Below, in pieces: positions 12,005-28,479 of a stretch of DNA of 64,000 nucleotides. The position numbers and the translations under genes are program-made. The DNA is taken from the NCBI GenBank assembly GCA_000004695.1, contig CM000152.2:5600001-5664000 (forward strand), written 5' to 3'. Each line of letters begins with the position of its first letter. The stretch's first letter is position 1. Source of the DNA: Dictyostelium discoideum. Its lineage: Eukaryota. Below the pieces are notes generated by a model. The model had not been told where the DNA came from, ran no database searches, and worked only from the letters and a program-made list of their open reading frames with translations.

Positions 12005-13253
12005 CATTTGAATTATTATAACCATACTGAATATTACCAAAACGATCTAATTTATTTAAAATTTTAATATCTTTATAATCTGAATAATCTTGTATTGATT
12101 GACGATAGGTATGATTATGTCTATTTAATGGTTTATAATGATATCTAAGGGAGATATCAGCACCATTTTGAGTTAGAGTTGTTGCTATATCATCATAGCC
12201 ACCATCCATTGCTAAATGAAGTGCTGTTTTTTGCTTTTTATCAATTTCATTAACTTTACAACCTTTTAATACTAATAATCTTGAACATTCAGTTTTACCA
12301 TTTGCACTTGATAGTATAATTGGTGTTCTTTCCAATGAATCCTTTTGATTCACATCAACATTATAATCCAATAATAAATTTAAAATTGTTGAATCACCGT
12401 TTCTAATTACTAAATGAATTGGACTTTCAATTTTTGTTGATTTTTTATAATATTCTAATAATTCATCAATTTCATTATTTGAATTATTTAAATTATTATT
12501 ATTATTATTATTACTACCACTACCACTACCACTACCACTACTACTAGTTGTAGTATTTTCATCTATATTTTCATTTAATGTTACAGTTTTATTTGGATCA
12601 GCTCCATATTTTAATAATAATAATACTATATCATTAAAACAATCAGATTCAATTGAAGTATATAATAAAGTTTTACCAGTTGATTCAATTGTTTTATTTA
12701 AAATTTCTTTAAAATTAAAATATTTATTATTTTCTTTAATTTCTTTCTCTCTTTCTAAATAAAGATTTAAATTTTCTTGAGAATATCTTATGGATTTTTT
12801 TTGTTGTGGTTGTTTCTTTTTTTCTATTTTCTCATCATCTTCATCATCTTCATCATCTTCCTTGTCATCATCTTTTATTATTTTTTCATTTTTTAAACCA
12901 GATAAATTCTCTAAATATTGACTTAATAAATTTGAATTATTTTCTTTAATTATTGATAAAATCTTATCAAATATTTCGTCCTTATTATCTTTTATTGCTG
13001 TTGAATTGTTTAAATATTTTTCTACTCCCTCGTTAATTTGTTGTTGTTGTATAATTGTTGGTTGCGGTATATTTTCGATTTCTACATTTATAGTTTCATT
13101 TGTTGTTATTGTATTGGTGGTTGTGGTTGTTGTATTATTATTATTTGTATTTTCCTTTATCTCCTTTTCTTCTTTTTCAATAATTATATTATTGTTGTCA
13201 TTACTAATATCTTGTGGTAAAGTTTGAGACTTTGTCTCTTCACTTGGATCCAT
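10805..13253 (-). CDS. TBC-domain Rab GTPase-activating protein with ankyrin repeats; probable short C-terminal exon
   Basis: 739-aa ORF 11034..13253. Ankyrin repeats: SPIHLVIRNGDSTILNLLLDYNVDVN...TALHLAMDGGYDDIATTLTQNGADI. TBC domain: RMRSEVWPLL, IDLDVNRAY (Arg finger) and YDQGVGYTQGMSSIASLL (Gln finger). A GTAAGT donor at about 11067 (minus) and an acceptor at about 10993 or 10960 give an in-frame terminal exon ending at the stop at 10805..10807. The 3' exon is inference. Confidence 0.7.
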
Positions 13254-13800
13254 AATTTACTATTATAGTAATAATAAAAATAATGGTGGTGTTAAAATAA
13301 TAAAAATAAAAATTTAAAAAAAATTAAAAATTTAGATTTTTTTTTTTTTTTTTTTTTTTTCAAAATAAAAATAAAAATAAAAATAAAAAAACAATACTCA
13401 ACGGTAAAAGCGCGGAATTAAAATAATAAACAATTATTTTTTTTTTTTTATATATATTTTTTTTTTTATTATTTCATTTTACAACAAGCCTCGTGCTCAC
13501 TTTTGTAATATTTTAAAATCTTAAGATTTAAAAAAAAATAATAATAAAAAAAAAAAAAATAAAAAAAAATAAAATATTTTAATAAAGATCTAATTATAGA
13601 TTCAAATTTTCGGTATCCTTTTATCTATAATAATCATATATTAATTGACTTTTTATCTATTTATTTTTCCATTTTATTTTATTTTATTTTATTTTTTTAA
13701 TTATTTTATATTGGTTTATTTTTATTTTTTTTTTTTTTTTTTTTTTTTATATTTTTTTTTTAATATATATCTAAGGTGTGCCTAATTTTATTTTTATTTT

Positions 13801-13834
<34 letters not shown>

Positions 13835-13857
13835 TATTTTAATTCCAGGATTTCCAT

Positions 13858-16404
<2,547 letters not shown>

Positions 16405-16529
16405 ATTATAAATTATATTTTACAAAAATATAATTATATAAAATAAAAAAATAAATAAAAAATTTATTTATTTATTTATTTAATTTATATATTAATTATT
16501 ATTTTTTTTTTTTTTTTTTTTTTTTTTTG

Positions 16530-16562
<33 letters not shown>

Positions 16563-18014
16563 ATTAATAATATGGATAGGAGAAGAATAAAAAAATAAAA
16601 TAAAGAGATAAAGAGAGAGAATGAAAAAAGGAGATATTGAAAAGTAAAAATAAAAGTAATTGTCCTCTATTGCAAATTAAATTTAATTTTTTCAAAAATA
16701 ATATGGTATTATTTGTTTAAAATTAATTATTAAATTTTTTTTTTTTTTTATTTATTTATTTATTTTTTTAATTATTATTATTGTTTTTATTTTTATTTTT
16801 AATTTTTAAAATTGTTATTTTTAAACTATCGATTATTTTTAGAAAAATAAAAATAAAAAAAAAAAAAAAAAAGAAATTCCAATTTTTATAAAAAAAAAAA
16901 TTTTATAATATCTATTTAATTTAATATAGTAATTAATAAATTAAGACTTTTTTTAAATAATACGTGATCTTGTGTGTGGATTTTTTTATTTTTAAAATAA
17001 GAAAATAAAAATAAAAAATAAAAAATAAAAAAAAAAATATATAGACTTTCCCAGTAATGTCATTGATAATTAAACAATGTACATTCAACTCTCCTATCCA
17101 ATAAATTTATGGTACGGTTTGTGGTATGTGTAATAAAAATAAAAATAAATATTATGGGGTGGTTGTTCCTTTTTTGTGGTTAAAAATTTTATTACTATTG
17201 GATTTATTTAATTATTTTAAAAATTTTATAAAAATAAAATTAAAAAAAAAAAATAAAATAAAATAAAAAATAAAACAAAACTCCCAATATTAAAAAAAAA
17301 TGGTGTAGGAGTTCTATCAAGAATTTACCACTCTACTTCTTTATTTTTTTGATATTTTGGATATTTTTAAAAAAATTAATAAATGTAGTTTTTTTTTTTC
17401 TTTAAAAATTTTTTTTTCCCAAATATGTAAATAGCGAATTAGGGCGTCATCCTTTCTATTTATAGTTTTTTTTTTTTTTTTTTTTTTTTTTTATTTTTTT
17501 TTTTTTTCGATATTATTATTATGAATTTTTAAATAATAGTAAAATCAATGACCCCCCTATTGTTGCAACATAAATAACTGGTTTTTTTTTTTTATTTTTT
17601 TTTTATTTTTAATTTTATTTTTTTAATTGCGGGGGAAAATAAAAAAAAAAAATAATTGAATAAATCTACTAAAGAATAGTAGTTGGTATTTTAACAATAA
17701 TGTAAATCAATTTTAATTGATATATAGGATTTTTAAAATTATTCTTTGTAAAATGGGTATAAAACCCCATTTTTTTTTATTTATGCAATGGTTTATATAA
17801 ATTAAAGTTTATTTCAGAATTTTAAAAAAAATAATAACCATTAAATAAAGGGGGTGGAAATCTTTTGGAAATAAAAATATTAATAAATATATATAAAATT
17901 AAGAGGATTATTTACTACTTTTAATTGGATTTTTTTTTTTTTTGTAATTTTTATCTAAAAAAAAAAAAAAAAAAAAAGATTCAAATATGGATAAAAATAA
18001 TATTAAAATTAATC

Positions 18015-18057
<43 letters not shown>

Positions 18058-18180
18058 TATTAAAATTGATTAATTTATAAAAAGACATAAAACTAATTTA
18101 TTAATAATTAATTAAATAAAAATAAATTTTCCAGAGTTTTTTTGCTTTTTGTTTATTTGGTCAATTTGCTACAAGTACAA

Positions 18181-18719
18181 TTATGCCTCAACACGTGCTT
18201 TGGCTTTAACATTAACAGTATCAGCTACGTTTGCCTTAACTCTTGCATGTACTGATAGGGTATCTAATAATCCAACATCTGCGTGGATGTCTAAATAAAT
18301 TATGTAATTTAAAATTAGTATAATAAATCTATTATTTTATAATATCTACTACTAAACATATTATTATAATAATAAAATAATAATAATAAAATTATAACAA
18401 TCATTAATTTCTTACCAATATTTGAATGTCCATTACCACCATTACCACCATGTCCACCGTGGGTTGCTGGTGATGTTTGTGAACCAGTTGTACCTCCAGT
18501 TGTGGTAGTTGCCCATGCTGAACTTGGTCCGGAAGTATTACCAAACTTTTTATTAAATTACAATAAATTAAATAACAAATTTTAGTAAATTAATTTCTTA
18601 ATTTAGTATTTTTAAAAAATAAAACAAAAAATTAAAAATAAAGGTTATAAAAATTTATAAAAACTTACAACAACAGAAATTAACAATACAATTAATAATA
18701 AAGCTGATAAAAATTTCAT
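18181..18719 (-). CDS. Small secreted Gly/His/Thr-rich protein (94 aa), three exons
   Basis: Exon 1 is 18719..18669 (MKFLSALLLIVLLISVV, signal peptide) with donor GTAAGT. Exon 2 is 18539..18416 (FGNTSGPSSAWATTTTGGTTGSQTSPATHGGHGGNGGNGHSNI). Exon 3 is 18290..18181 (DIHADVGLLDTLSVHARVKANVADTVNVKAKARVEA*). All junctions are GT..AG and the phases are consistent. It sits alone in a roughly 5-kb AT-rich gene-poor stretch. Confidence 0.5.
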
Positions 18720-19485
18720 TTTTTTTTTTTTGTACAAAAAAGATTAATAATAATAATGATTCTTTTTAAAAAAAAAATATTTTATATTTATAATCAAAAA
18801 AAAAAAAAAAAAAAATAATAAAAAGTAAAATAAAATAAAATTTTTAAATAATAAAATTAAATTAAAAATTGATTTAAGAAATTAAATCATGATTTTTAAA
18901 AAAGTTCGATAACGGTAACCACTACCTCTATATTCGATTGTTTAATTTATTTATTTCAAAGAAATTTGTAAAACAAGCATATATCGTTATTTACACAAAA
19001 TCATGAAATAAATTAAAATTTTAATTAAAAACTATTATAATTTAGTGTCTTTAATTTTATTTACAAATTTTATTTTATAAAAATTTTGTAAAATTGGAAA
19101 AAAAAAAATTAAATCATAATACTAATATGGGAATGGGGTAAATTATTTTTTTTTTTTTTTTTTTTTTTAATATTAATAGTTGCCTGTTTTGATTAAAAAA
19201 TTTATTTTAATTTCAAAAATATGAATTTTAATGTTTTAAATGTATTTAATGTTTATATATACTTTTTTTTTTTGTTTTTTTTTAATTAAAAAAAAAAATA
19301 AAAATATATTTTAAATAAAAAAATAAAAAAAGAATAAAGGGGTTATTAAATTATGCTATCTAAAATCTGCAAAAAATTAAATTTACAAATATTTTTAACT
19401 TTGTATAATTTTAAAATACTATTAATTATGATCAATAATCTTTAATAATAAAAAAAGTAATTTGTCAAAAAAGCAAATATTAAAA

Positions 19486-19516
<31 letters not shown>

Positions 19517-20093
19517 ATTTTTTTTTTTTAAAATAAAAATTAATATTAAAAATATTTGAGATGGGTGAATAAATAAAAATAAAAGTTTTAGGAAGTAACC
19601 CTATATGAATGGTAGCTTGTTTAAGAATTAAAAAAAAAAAAAAAATTTTAAGGGTTAGATTGTTTATTGCAATTAAATGGTGAAGATTTTTAACCATAAA
19701 ACACACCATTTCTAATTTTAAAAAACAAAAAAGAAAAAAAGAAAAAAAATTATTTATTAGCTTTTTTTTTTTTTCATAATATTTAAATATATTTAATATA
19801 TGTTTGAGGGCATATTAAATATTAGGATTGAAACTAGTTAAAATAAATTGGATAAAAAGATATTAACAATAAACTAAGATAATCTTTTTTTTTTTTTTTT
19901 TTTTTTTTTCTTAAACAATTAATATGAATGATAACCTATGAATTAATTTTACAATCGATTTCTTTTTTTTTTTTAATTAAAAAATTATTAAAAAAATGTG
20001 TGAAATTAAACCACCATTTAAGAAATCGAGGGAAAAATGAAAATTATATTAGAAAAAAAAAAAATTAATATTAAATGTTAAAAAGAAAGTATG

Positions 20094-20130
<37 letters not shown>

Positions 20131-20590
20131 TTTTTGATTAAAAATAAAACAAAAAAAAAAAAATTAAATTCCATATAAAAAAAATATAGGATTTATCTTA
20201 ACAAATACAAATATCAACTAACCGTTCTCCATTTTCAATTAAAATAAAAGATAATGTAAATAATAAACCATTGTTTTAAATAAAACTACCTTTGACCCTA
20301 TTTTTTTTTTTTTTTGTCTCAATTTGTTTTTTTTTTTTTCAAAATATTAATTTATACCCAAAAAAATCAAATCCTCACCTTTAAAATTGATTCTCTAAAA
20401 AACAATATATAATATTTAATATATTGTTCCCTAAAAATAAATATAACTACTATATATATAAATAGCAATTATCACCATTGGTAATAAAAATAATTTTAAA
20501 ATAAAACTTAAAGTGTTTGTTTTTTTTTTAAAAAAAATCATTTATTTCTAAAAACACATATGTATTTTAAACATAAAAGGTAGGTTTTTT

Positions 20591-20640
<50 letters not shown>

Positions 20641-20710
20641 CTTTTGGGAGATTTAATAAATGAAAAAATAATAGTTCGCAACACTACTTTATCCACCATG
20701 TAAATTTTTG

Positions 20711-20741
<31 letters not shown>

Positions 20742-21296
20742 AAAATTTAGAAAGATATCGATTAAATATTAATTAACAATAATAATATGTATATTTAATT
20801 ATTTTTTATTAAAAATAATATTGCTATTGTTTTAGAATAATAAATCAAATAATAAAAAATAAAAAAAAAATTAAAAAATTTTTTTAAAAATCTATTATCA
20901 AAAGATTTTAATCTTTTAATCATCTATTTGTTTTTTTTTTTTTTATTTATTTAAATATTTGATATTAAAAAAAAAAAAAACAAAAAAATTAGGGTTTTAA
21001 TTTTTTACATTCTTTCTAAAACATTGAGAAATAATAAAAATGAAAAATAATTGTAGTATACATAAGCATAAACCAATTTTAATATACAACTAATATTTTT
21101 TTTTTTTTTTTTTTTTAATTTTTTAAAAACAAAATAATATTTATTTCTTTTTTAAATAATAATTTTTTTCTTTTTTTTTTTCACCATTCACCAATTCTCA
21201 CCACCATCAATTTCTTTTCTGGATTCTTGTTTTTTTTTTTTTTTTTTTTTTTTTAATTTTATTTATTTATTTATTTATTTAGAGGTTGGAAAAGCC

Positions 21297-21558
21297 ATGG
21301 ACTTAAAAAACAATGAAATGGGTGATAATTTTGAAATACCCAAAATTCATGTTACACTACCAAAAGAAGAGTCTGAAAAAATTACAGAAATTGGTAAAGT
21401 TTTTTTTTTTTTTTTTTTAGGTTTTCAAATACTAATTAAAAAATTAAAATAATTATTAATAATAATTAATTATAATTATAATAATTATAGGTAATTGGGA
21501 AAATAATAATATAAAAAATATAAATTTGGAAAATAATGAAAAAACTCGAAAGGCACTT
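21297..21558 (+). CDS. Possible 5' exons of the downstream phosphate transporter gene, or a separate short gene
   Basis: Exon 21297..21393 (MDLKNNEMGDNFEIPKIHVTLPKEESEKITEI) ends at a GTAAAG donor. Exon 21491..21558 (GNWENNNIKNINLENNEKTRKAL) ends at a GTAAGT donor. An acceptor at 22556/22557 would splice in-frame into LGGVAMRKGNSERGDY, giving an atypically long intron of roughly 1 kb. Confidence 0.3.
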
Positions 21559-22020
21559 GTAAGTATTATAAAAAAAAAATTAAAAAAAAAAAAAAATCAC
21601 AAAAAAAAAAAAGTAGTATTTTCATATAAATTTGGTAGATTTATTTTTTTTTATTTTATTTTATATTATTTTTTTTTTTTTATTGATTTGTTTTTATTTG
21701 TATTTTTGGGTTTCATACCTTTTTTGTGGAGTATTAAAACGTCGGCAATGAAAAAAAAAAAAAAAATTTTAATTACCGATAGTGATCATATGTTGTCAAA
21801 AATATCAAAAATATCCAAAAAAAAAAAAAAAAATTAAAAATTAAAAAAAAAATAATAAAAAAATGAGAAAAAAAAACACAAAACAGTGAAGGGGTTTTAA
21901 TTTAATCAAAAAAATAGTTTTTTGCACCTTAATTATTATTTTTTTTTAAAATTTTTTTTTTATGCGAGGGCGAAACCCCACACCCAGCTTGGAAAAACAT
22001 AAAATTCAAGATGTGTGTTT

Positions 22021-22070
<50 letters not shown>

Positions 22071-22572
22071 TAAATAATTTTTAAAAAAAATTTTTTATGT
22101 GTTTCACATTATTTTATATATTTTTTTTTTTTTTTTATTGTAACACCACCTAACACACTTTAAAGAAATACACATATACAAAAAATAAAAAAACCTTAAA
22201 CAAAAGGCTTTTTTTTTTTTTTTTTTTTTTTTGTTGAATCGTTTTTTTTTTTTTTTTTTTATTTTTATAAAAAAAAAATCTTTTTTTTGTTGTATTTCAG
22301 ACTTTCTGTCATTTTTTTTTGTACGAAAACAATAATAAATAAAATTTAAAAGTCGTTTATTTTGGGAACAAATCGATCATTATTTCCTTTAAAAATAAAT
22401 ATTAAAAAAAAAATAAAAATCGCAACATTATAATTATAAAAAAAAAAAAACAGAGAGTCCCAACCAACGGAACTATTAAAAAAAAAAAAAAAATTAAAAT
22501 TAAATAAAATTAAATAAAATTAAATAAAAATAAAATAAAATAAAAAAAAAAAAAAAGTTAGGAGGTGTTGCA

Positions 22573-23058
22573 ATGAGGAAAGGAAATTCCGAAAGGGGTG
22601 ACTATTTAATACTATCAACCAACGATGATACTATTAATAAAAAAAACAACACCATTTTACTCGAGGAAGACGAAGAAGAAGAAATAGAGGAAAAACCCTT
22701 ATTATTGCCAACTACCTCCAATAACTATACAAATAATAAAATACAAATAGATAATAACAGTAATAATAATTATATAATAGATAAAAATAATATAAATAAT
22801 AATAATATTATTGCGTCCTCTTATCCTACTACTTATAATAATAACAATAATAATATGACTGGCATAAACGATAATAATAGTGAAAATGATAGTAATAATA
22901 ATAATAATAGCGAAAATAATTTGGGTGGAATAACGATAGATAAAACGAATACAGATTTACTAACAATACATAATAATAATATAAAACCAAATTTTAAAAA
23001 GAATATATTAACTCAATTAAAACAAACTATAGTGGCTGGTACCGGTAAGATATAATTA

Positions 23059-23103
<45 letters not shown>

Positions 23104-24547
23104 AAAATAGAAATAAAAAAAAAAATAAAAATATTTTTACTAATTTTTTTTAAATTAATTATATCTTTTTTTTTTTTTATTTTTAGGATTTTTATGTGAT
23201 GCATATGATTTATTTGTAATTAATTTAGTATTAGTTATATTACAAAAACTTTATAAAGAATCAAGTGGTGATTCATCGATGGTATCCACTGGTGCATTAT
23301 GGGGAGCAGTTGGTGGTCAAATTGTTTTTGGATTTTTAGCAGATAGAATTGGTAGAAAGATAGGGTTTATTATAACGTTATCATTTATTATTGTTGGGGC
23401 ATTTGCAAGTGCAGTTTCATTTGACAAGGCAGCATTGAATATTTTTGGTATGTTGACATTGTGGAGAACCATTTTGGGTTTCGGTATTGGTGGTGAGTAT
23501 CCATTGTCGGCCACAATCTCCAGTGAGAGTAGTAGCAGTGATAGAAAGCGTGGTTCTCAAGTGGCCTCAGTGTTTAGTATGCAAGGTTTGGGTATAATTC
23601 TATCGCCAGTGGTTGTTATAGTGCTCTTGAAAATCTGTGGTTCAAATCATATTGATTTAGTGTGGAGATTGGCATTGGGGTTCGGCGGCATACCAGGTTT
23701 GGTGATGATTTACTTTAGAATTAAAATGAAAGAGACTAAAAGCTTTTCAAATAAAGCAAAGATTCAAAAGAAACAAATGTTTTTATCAATTATGAAATAT
23801 TGGAAGACTTTAGCGGGTACTGCCGGTGGTTGGTTCATTTTCGATATCACATTCTATGCTAATGGTCTTTTCAATGGCACTATTGTGTCTTTGATTGGTT
23901 TCGATGATGCTAGCAATACTTATGATGAGATTTGGAATACAACTTTGGTTTCACTCTATCTTGCACTCATTGGTTTGCCAGGCTATTTCGTTGGTATCGC
24001 ATTGATTGACCGTTTGGGAAGAAAGAAGTTACAAATGTTGGGTTTCGCTCTACTAGGTATAACCTATATGGTGATGGGTATAAGTTATGATCATATCGTA
24101 AAGATTAAAGCTTTGTTCATTGTACTCTATGGTTTAACTTTCTTTTTCGGTAATGCTGGTCCAAATACTACAACTTTTGTATTGCCTTCAGAATCTTTCC
24201 CAACTAAAATTCGTGCAACTTGTCATGGTTTATCTGCTGCTGCCGGTAAAATTGGTGCTGTAATCGGTGGTGCAACAATCAAACCTTTATTTACAAACTA
24301 TGGATTAGGTAAAACTTTAATCGTTTGTGGTGCTATTGCTTTCGTTGGTTTAATTCTTACCTTTTTAATAGTTGAAGAAACAATGGGTAAACCAATCATT
24401 GAAGATGAAGATATTCAATTAGATAATATCTCTGATGATCCATCTTTACGTGAATCAACTGGTAGTTCAAGTTCTGGTGTTGAGGATAATATTGATAATA
24501 ATAATAATAATAATAATACTATTACAAATCCAATTGAAAGTAATTAA
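22573..24547 (+). CDS. PHO84-like inorganic phosphate:H+ symporter (MFS, PHS family), two exons
   Basis: Exon 1 is 22573..23044, an Asn-rich cytosolic N-terminus ending QTIVAGTG, with donor GTAAGA. Exon 2 is 23187..24547. The splice joins ...VAGTGFLCDAYDLFVINLV, matching PHO84 IAGVGFLTDSYDIFAINL. The signature GFGIGGEYPLSATISSE matches GIGIGGDYPLSSIITSE. There are 12 predicted TM helices. Confidence 0.85.
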
Positions 24548-24576
24548 TAACTAAAAAAAAAAAAAAAAAAAAAAAA

Positions 24577-24619
<43 letters not shown>

Positions 24620-24787
24620 TATACACAAAATATCATGACACACATAAATTCAAAAAAAAAAAAAAAAAAAACCTCAAAAAAAAAAAGAAATATTATAATA
24701 TATAAATGTATTAATATATATTTATATAATAATAACATATATATTAATTCATTTTATAATATAATAATAAATTAATAAAAATAATTT

Positions 24788-24822
<35 letters not shown>

Positions 24823-24969
24823 CCTTCCTCCAATTAAAGTAAAAATAAATAATAAAATTATCAAATAAAAAATAAAAAAAGTAATAATTACAATTTATTA
24901 TTTATTATTACAAAAATAAAATATATATATATTGTCTTTATTTTTTTATTTAATTTATTTTATTTTATT

Positions 24970-25478
24970 TTATTTTAATAATTTTTCAAAAGATAATTTA
25001 TCCTCGGCAGAAACTTTTTGTGGGAAAATAATATTGAAAATAACGTAAAGATCACCAGTTTGAGATGGGAAAGAATGATGTGGCATACCTTCACCATCAA
25101 CTTTAATGGTTAAACCTGGTGAAGTTACATCGACACGATTGATTTCAACTTTGTGACCATCTAAATGATCGATTTCCTTCTTGAAACCAACCAATGCTTC
25201 TAATAATGTAATTGACATATCATAGTAAAGATTATCACCAGATCTTCTAAATTTGCTATCTGGGGATGTAACAATTTTGAAAATGATATCACCTGGAGTA
25301 ACATCTGGTGATTCTTCACCTAATTGTTCTAATTTAATAATTGATTGATCATTCATACCTCTTTCAATTTCAATTGTATATGTTTCTTCTCCAATCTCTA
25401 CTTTCTTACCATGACAGTGTGGACATTTACTTGTAACCTTTTTACCTTTACCTCCACATTCATCACAACTATTATTAA

Positions 25479-25565
<87 letters not shown>

Positions 25566-26340
25566 CATCATCGTCATCATCATTAGTATTATTATTAATT
25601 AATTGAAAATGAAGTTTATAATTAAAATACATACGCTGATTGAATTTGTTGTACAAAACCTGGACCTAATTGTTGAACCTTTAATTTGATACCAGAACCT
25701 TTACAGCCACCGCAAGTAGTGACATCTGATGCTTTTTTAGCACCAGAACCACGACATTTTGTACAGAGAACTTGTTTCTTATGTGTTACTTTTGTGGTTT
25801 TTCCAATGTATAAATCCTTTAATGTAACTTCTAATTCCAATTCAATATCAGCTCCTCTTTGTTGTTGTTGGGCTTGTTGTTGATGTCTACCACCACCTCC
25901 AAATCTAATAAATAAATAAATAAATTAATTAATTAATTAATTAATTAATTAATAATAAATATTTTTATTTTTTATTATTATTTATTTTTTTTTATTTTTA
26001 TTTTTTTTTTTACTTACACAGAGAAAATATCAAATGGATCGAAACCACCACCGCCATGGTTTTGTTTTAAACCTTCTTCACCATATTGATCATAGATTCT
26101 TCTTTTTTCTGGATCACTTAATGTTTCATAAGCTGAATTGATTTCGATATACATATCTTTTTTATCTGGATTCTTATCTGGATGATATTTCACTGATAAT
26201 TTACGATATGATCTTTTGATATCAGCTGGTGAAGAATCTCTAGTTATACCTAATATATCATAGAAATCTCTACCTGCGTATGTAAAAACTGATAAACATA
26301 CAACAATAACTAAAATTATTAATGATTTTATTTTCATCAT
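24970..26340 (-). CDS. Type I DnaJ/Hsp40 with N-terminal signal peptide (Scj1/ER-lumenal-like), three exons
   Basis: Exon 1 is about 26340..26018: MKIKSLIILVIVVCLSVFTYA signal, then the J domain DFYDILGI...KYHPDKN with HPD, donor GTAAGT. Exon 2 is 25904..25635: G-rich linker plus CTKCRGSG and CGGCKGSG, donor GTATGT. Exon 3 is 25468..24970: CDECGGKG, CPHCHGKK and the C-terminal substrate-binding domain. The four CxxCxGxG repeats have E. coli DnaJ-like spacing. All splice phases were checked against the ORF-track frames. Confidence 0.85.
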
Positions 26341-26476
26341 TTTTTTTTTTCTTTTTTTCCTAAACTTATTTAAATAAATATTTTTATTGAAAAAAATAAA
26401 AAAATTATGTATATATTCGGTTGATGAAAACAAATATATTGAAATTACTATTATTACAATTCAAAAAACAAAAAAA

Positions 26477-26521
<45 letters not shown>

Positions 26522-26538
26522 AGGCGACTGTACAGCGC

Positions 26539-26578
<40 letters not shown>

Positions 26579-26848
26579 GCTTTTTTTTTTTAATTCCACA
26601 AACATATGCATAAATCTTAATTTTTTTTTTTTTTTTTTTTTTTTCAATTATTTTCCAATTCAACATTAGAAATATTGACTTGAATTATTATTATTTGAGT
26701 TTATTTTCAGTAATTTTTTTTTTTTTTTTTTTTTTTTCTTTCAAAAAAACAATTATCAATGGATTTTCTTATCTTAATATCTTTTTAACCAATTCCTTTT
26801 GTCAAGAATGAAATTCATTTTTTTTTTCATTTATATTATTGATGTTAT

Positions 26849-26905
<57 letters not shown>

Positions 26906-27326
26906 GATTAACTATATATAGCATTTTTAATTAGGAAATTACTATTAATAGCTTTTGTTGAACTGCTTTTTGTTTTTTTTATTATGTCACAGTTATATTA
27001 AATATTGTTATAAAAAAAAAAAAAAACAAAAAAAAAGCAAAAAATTGGTGTTAGCGATTATTGCTTGTGTTGAAAATATTGTATTCTTAAATTTAATTTT
27101 TCCCACACTTATTGGTAAATTAAAATATTATTAATATTGTTAATCATTTATATTAATTTTTAATAAATAATAAATATATATAAATATAAAAATATTATTA
27201 TTAATATTTAATTTAATTTTTTTTTAGAGAAAAAAAAAAAGTATAAATTGAAATTGAAAATATATTATTCATCATTTAAAAATAAATTATTTGTTTATTA
27301 AAAAATAATACACAAAGTAAAAAAAA

Positions 27327-27680
27327 TGACAATTTTATGTAAGTTCAATAAAATATTTAAAAAAAAAAAAAAAAAAAACCTATTATTTATTTTTCTAAAC
27401 ATTTTTTTTTTTTTTAATTTCTAATATAGCTGCAATTACTTCAATTTCAAGACCAAATAAAATTAGTAAATCAGTTATTTCATCAAATGGAGGTTCTTCA
27501 TTGTCAATGGGTTCTAATTCAGTCTCATGTTATAATGCTTGTGGAGGTGGTTCAAGTTATTCATATAGCTCAAGCTATTCAGGTTCAGGTTTAGATTATT
27601 CATATAAGGCAAACTATTCAAGTTCAACTGGTTATAATTCCTCTGTTGTAATTGCAAGTTCAACATGTCATTGCAGTTAA
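27327..27680 (+). CDS. hssA/2C/7E-like small Ser/Gly/Cys-rich protein, copy 1 (about 89 aa)
   Basis: ATG ACA ATT TTA T followed by GTAAGT (intron directly after codon 4), acceptor TATAG at about 27429. Exon 2 encodes [83 protein letters not shown]. Assignment to the Dictyostelium hssA/2C/7E (MTIL...) family is from memory of that family. Confidence 0.6.
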
Positions 27681-28149
27681 TTAATTTAATTAACTCTAAT
27701 TAATTAATTTATTAATTAATTCAACCTTGGAAATTATTTCTTTGGTCATTTAAAAAATGTATTTTAATAAAAAAAAAAAAAAAATTGAAAAAAAATTATA
27801 AATTTTAAATTGTTTTAAAATTATATTTACCTTAATAATATTATACAAATAAAATTAATTATTATTATAGTGACAATAATAAAAAAAAAATTTTAATAGT
27901 AATTAAATGATTTTTTTAAGTTATAAAATATTTTTTATTTTTAATATTGAATTTCATTTTTTTATTTTTTTTTTTGGATTTGAATATATATTATATTGAT
28001 GTTATTGAAAGTTTTTTTTATTTTTTATTTTTATTTTTTGAATCTACTATATAAATAGCTTTTTTAATTAGGAAATTACTATAAATAGCCTTTGATGGTG
28101 AACTGCTACTGTTTTTTTATTATGTCACAGTTAAAATTAATTGTTTGAA

Positions 28150-28260
28150 AAAAAAAAAAAACAAAAAATTGGTGGGAGCTATTATTGCTTGTGTTGAAAA
28201 TATTGTATTCTTAAATTTAAATTTTCCCACACATATTGGTAAATTAAAATAGTATTAAAA
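28150..28260 (+). promoter_or_regulatory. Conserved promoter module of the array (representative copy). It contains TATAAATAG boxes and a near-invariant roughly 60-bp GC-containing dyad element about 230-300 bp upstream of each ATG.
   Basis: The core TTGGTGGGAGC(G/T)ATTATTGCTTGTGTTGAAAATATTGTATTCTTAAATTTAA(T/A)TTTTCCCACAC recurs at about 27040..27110, 28170..28240, 29320..29390, 30430..30495 and 31400..31465. It shows only 1-3 substitutions among copies while the flanking A/T sequence drifts. GTGGGAG...CCCAC forms an inverted-repeat dyad. Confidence 0.4.
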
Positions 28261-28479
28261 TTGTTAATCATTTATATTTAATAAACAATAAATATATTTT
28301 TTAGTATTGTTTAAAATTATTTATTTATTTATTTATTCATTTATTTTTTTAAATTTTTTTATTTTTTTATTTTTTTTTGGTAAAAAAAAAATTATAAATA
28401 CAAATTAAAAATATATCATTCATCATTTTTAAAATAAAATATTTGTTTAATAAAAAATTAAACATAAAAATATAAAAAA

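Noticed and set aside
11825-13227. Short Ile- or Cys-rich ORFs on both strands inside the TBC gene
   Set aside because: Frame artefacts of (AAT)n/(ATT)n tracts within the RabGAP coding region.
25345-25602. Poly-Ile ORFs on both strands
   Set aside because: Triplet-repeat (ATT)n lying in intron 2 of the DnaJ gene (between donor 25634 and acceptor 25469).
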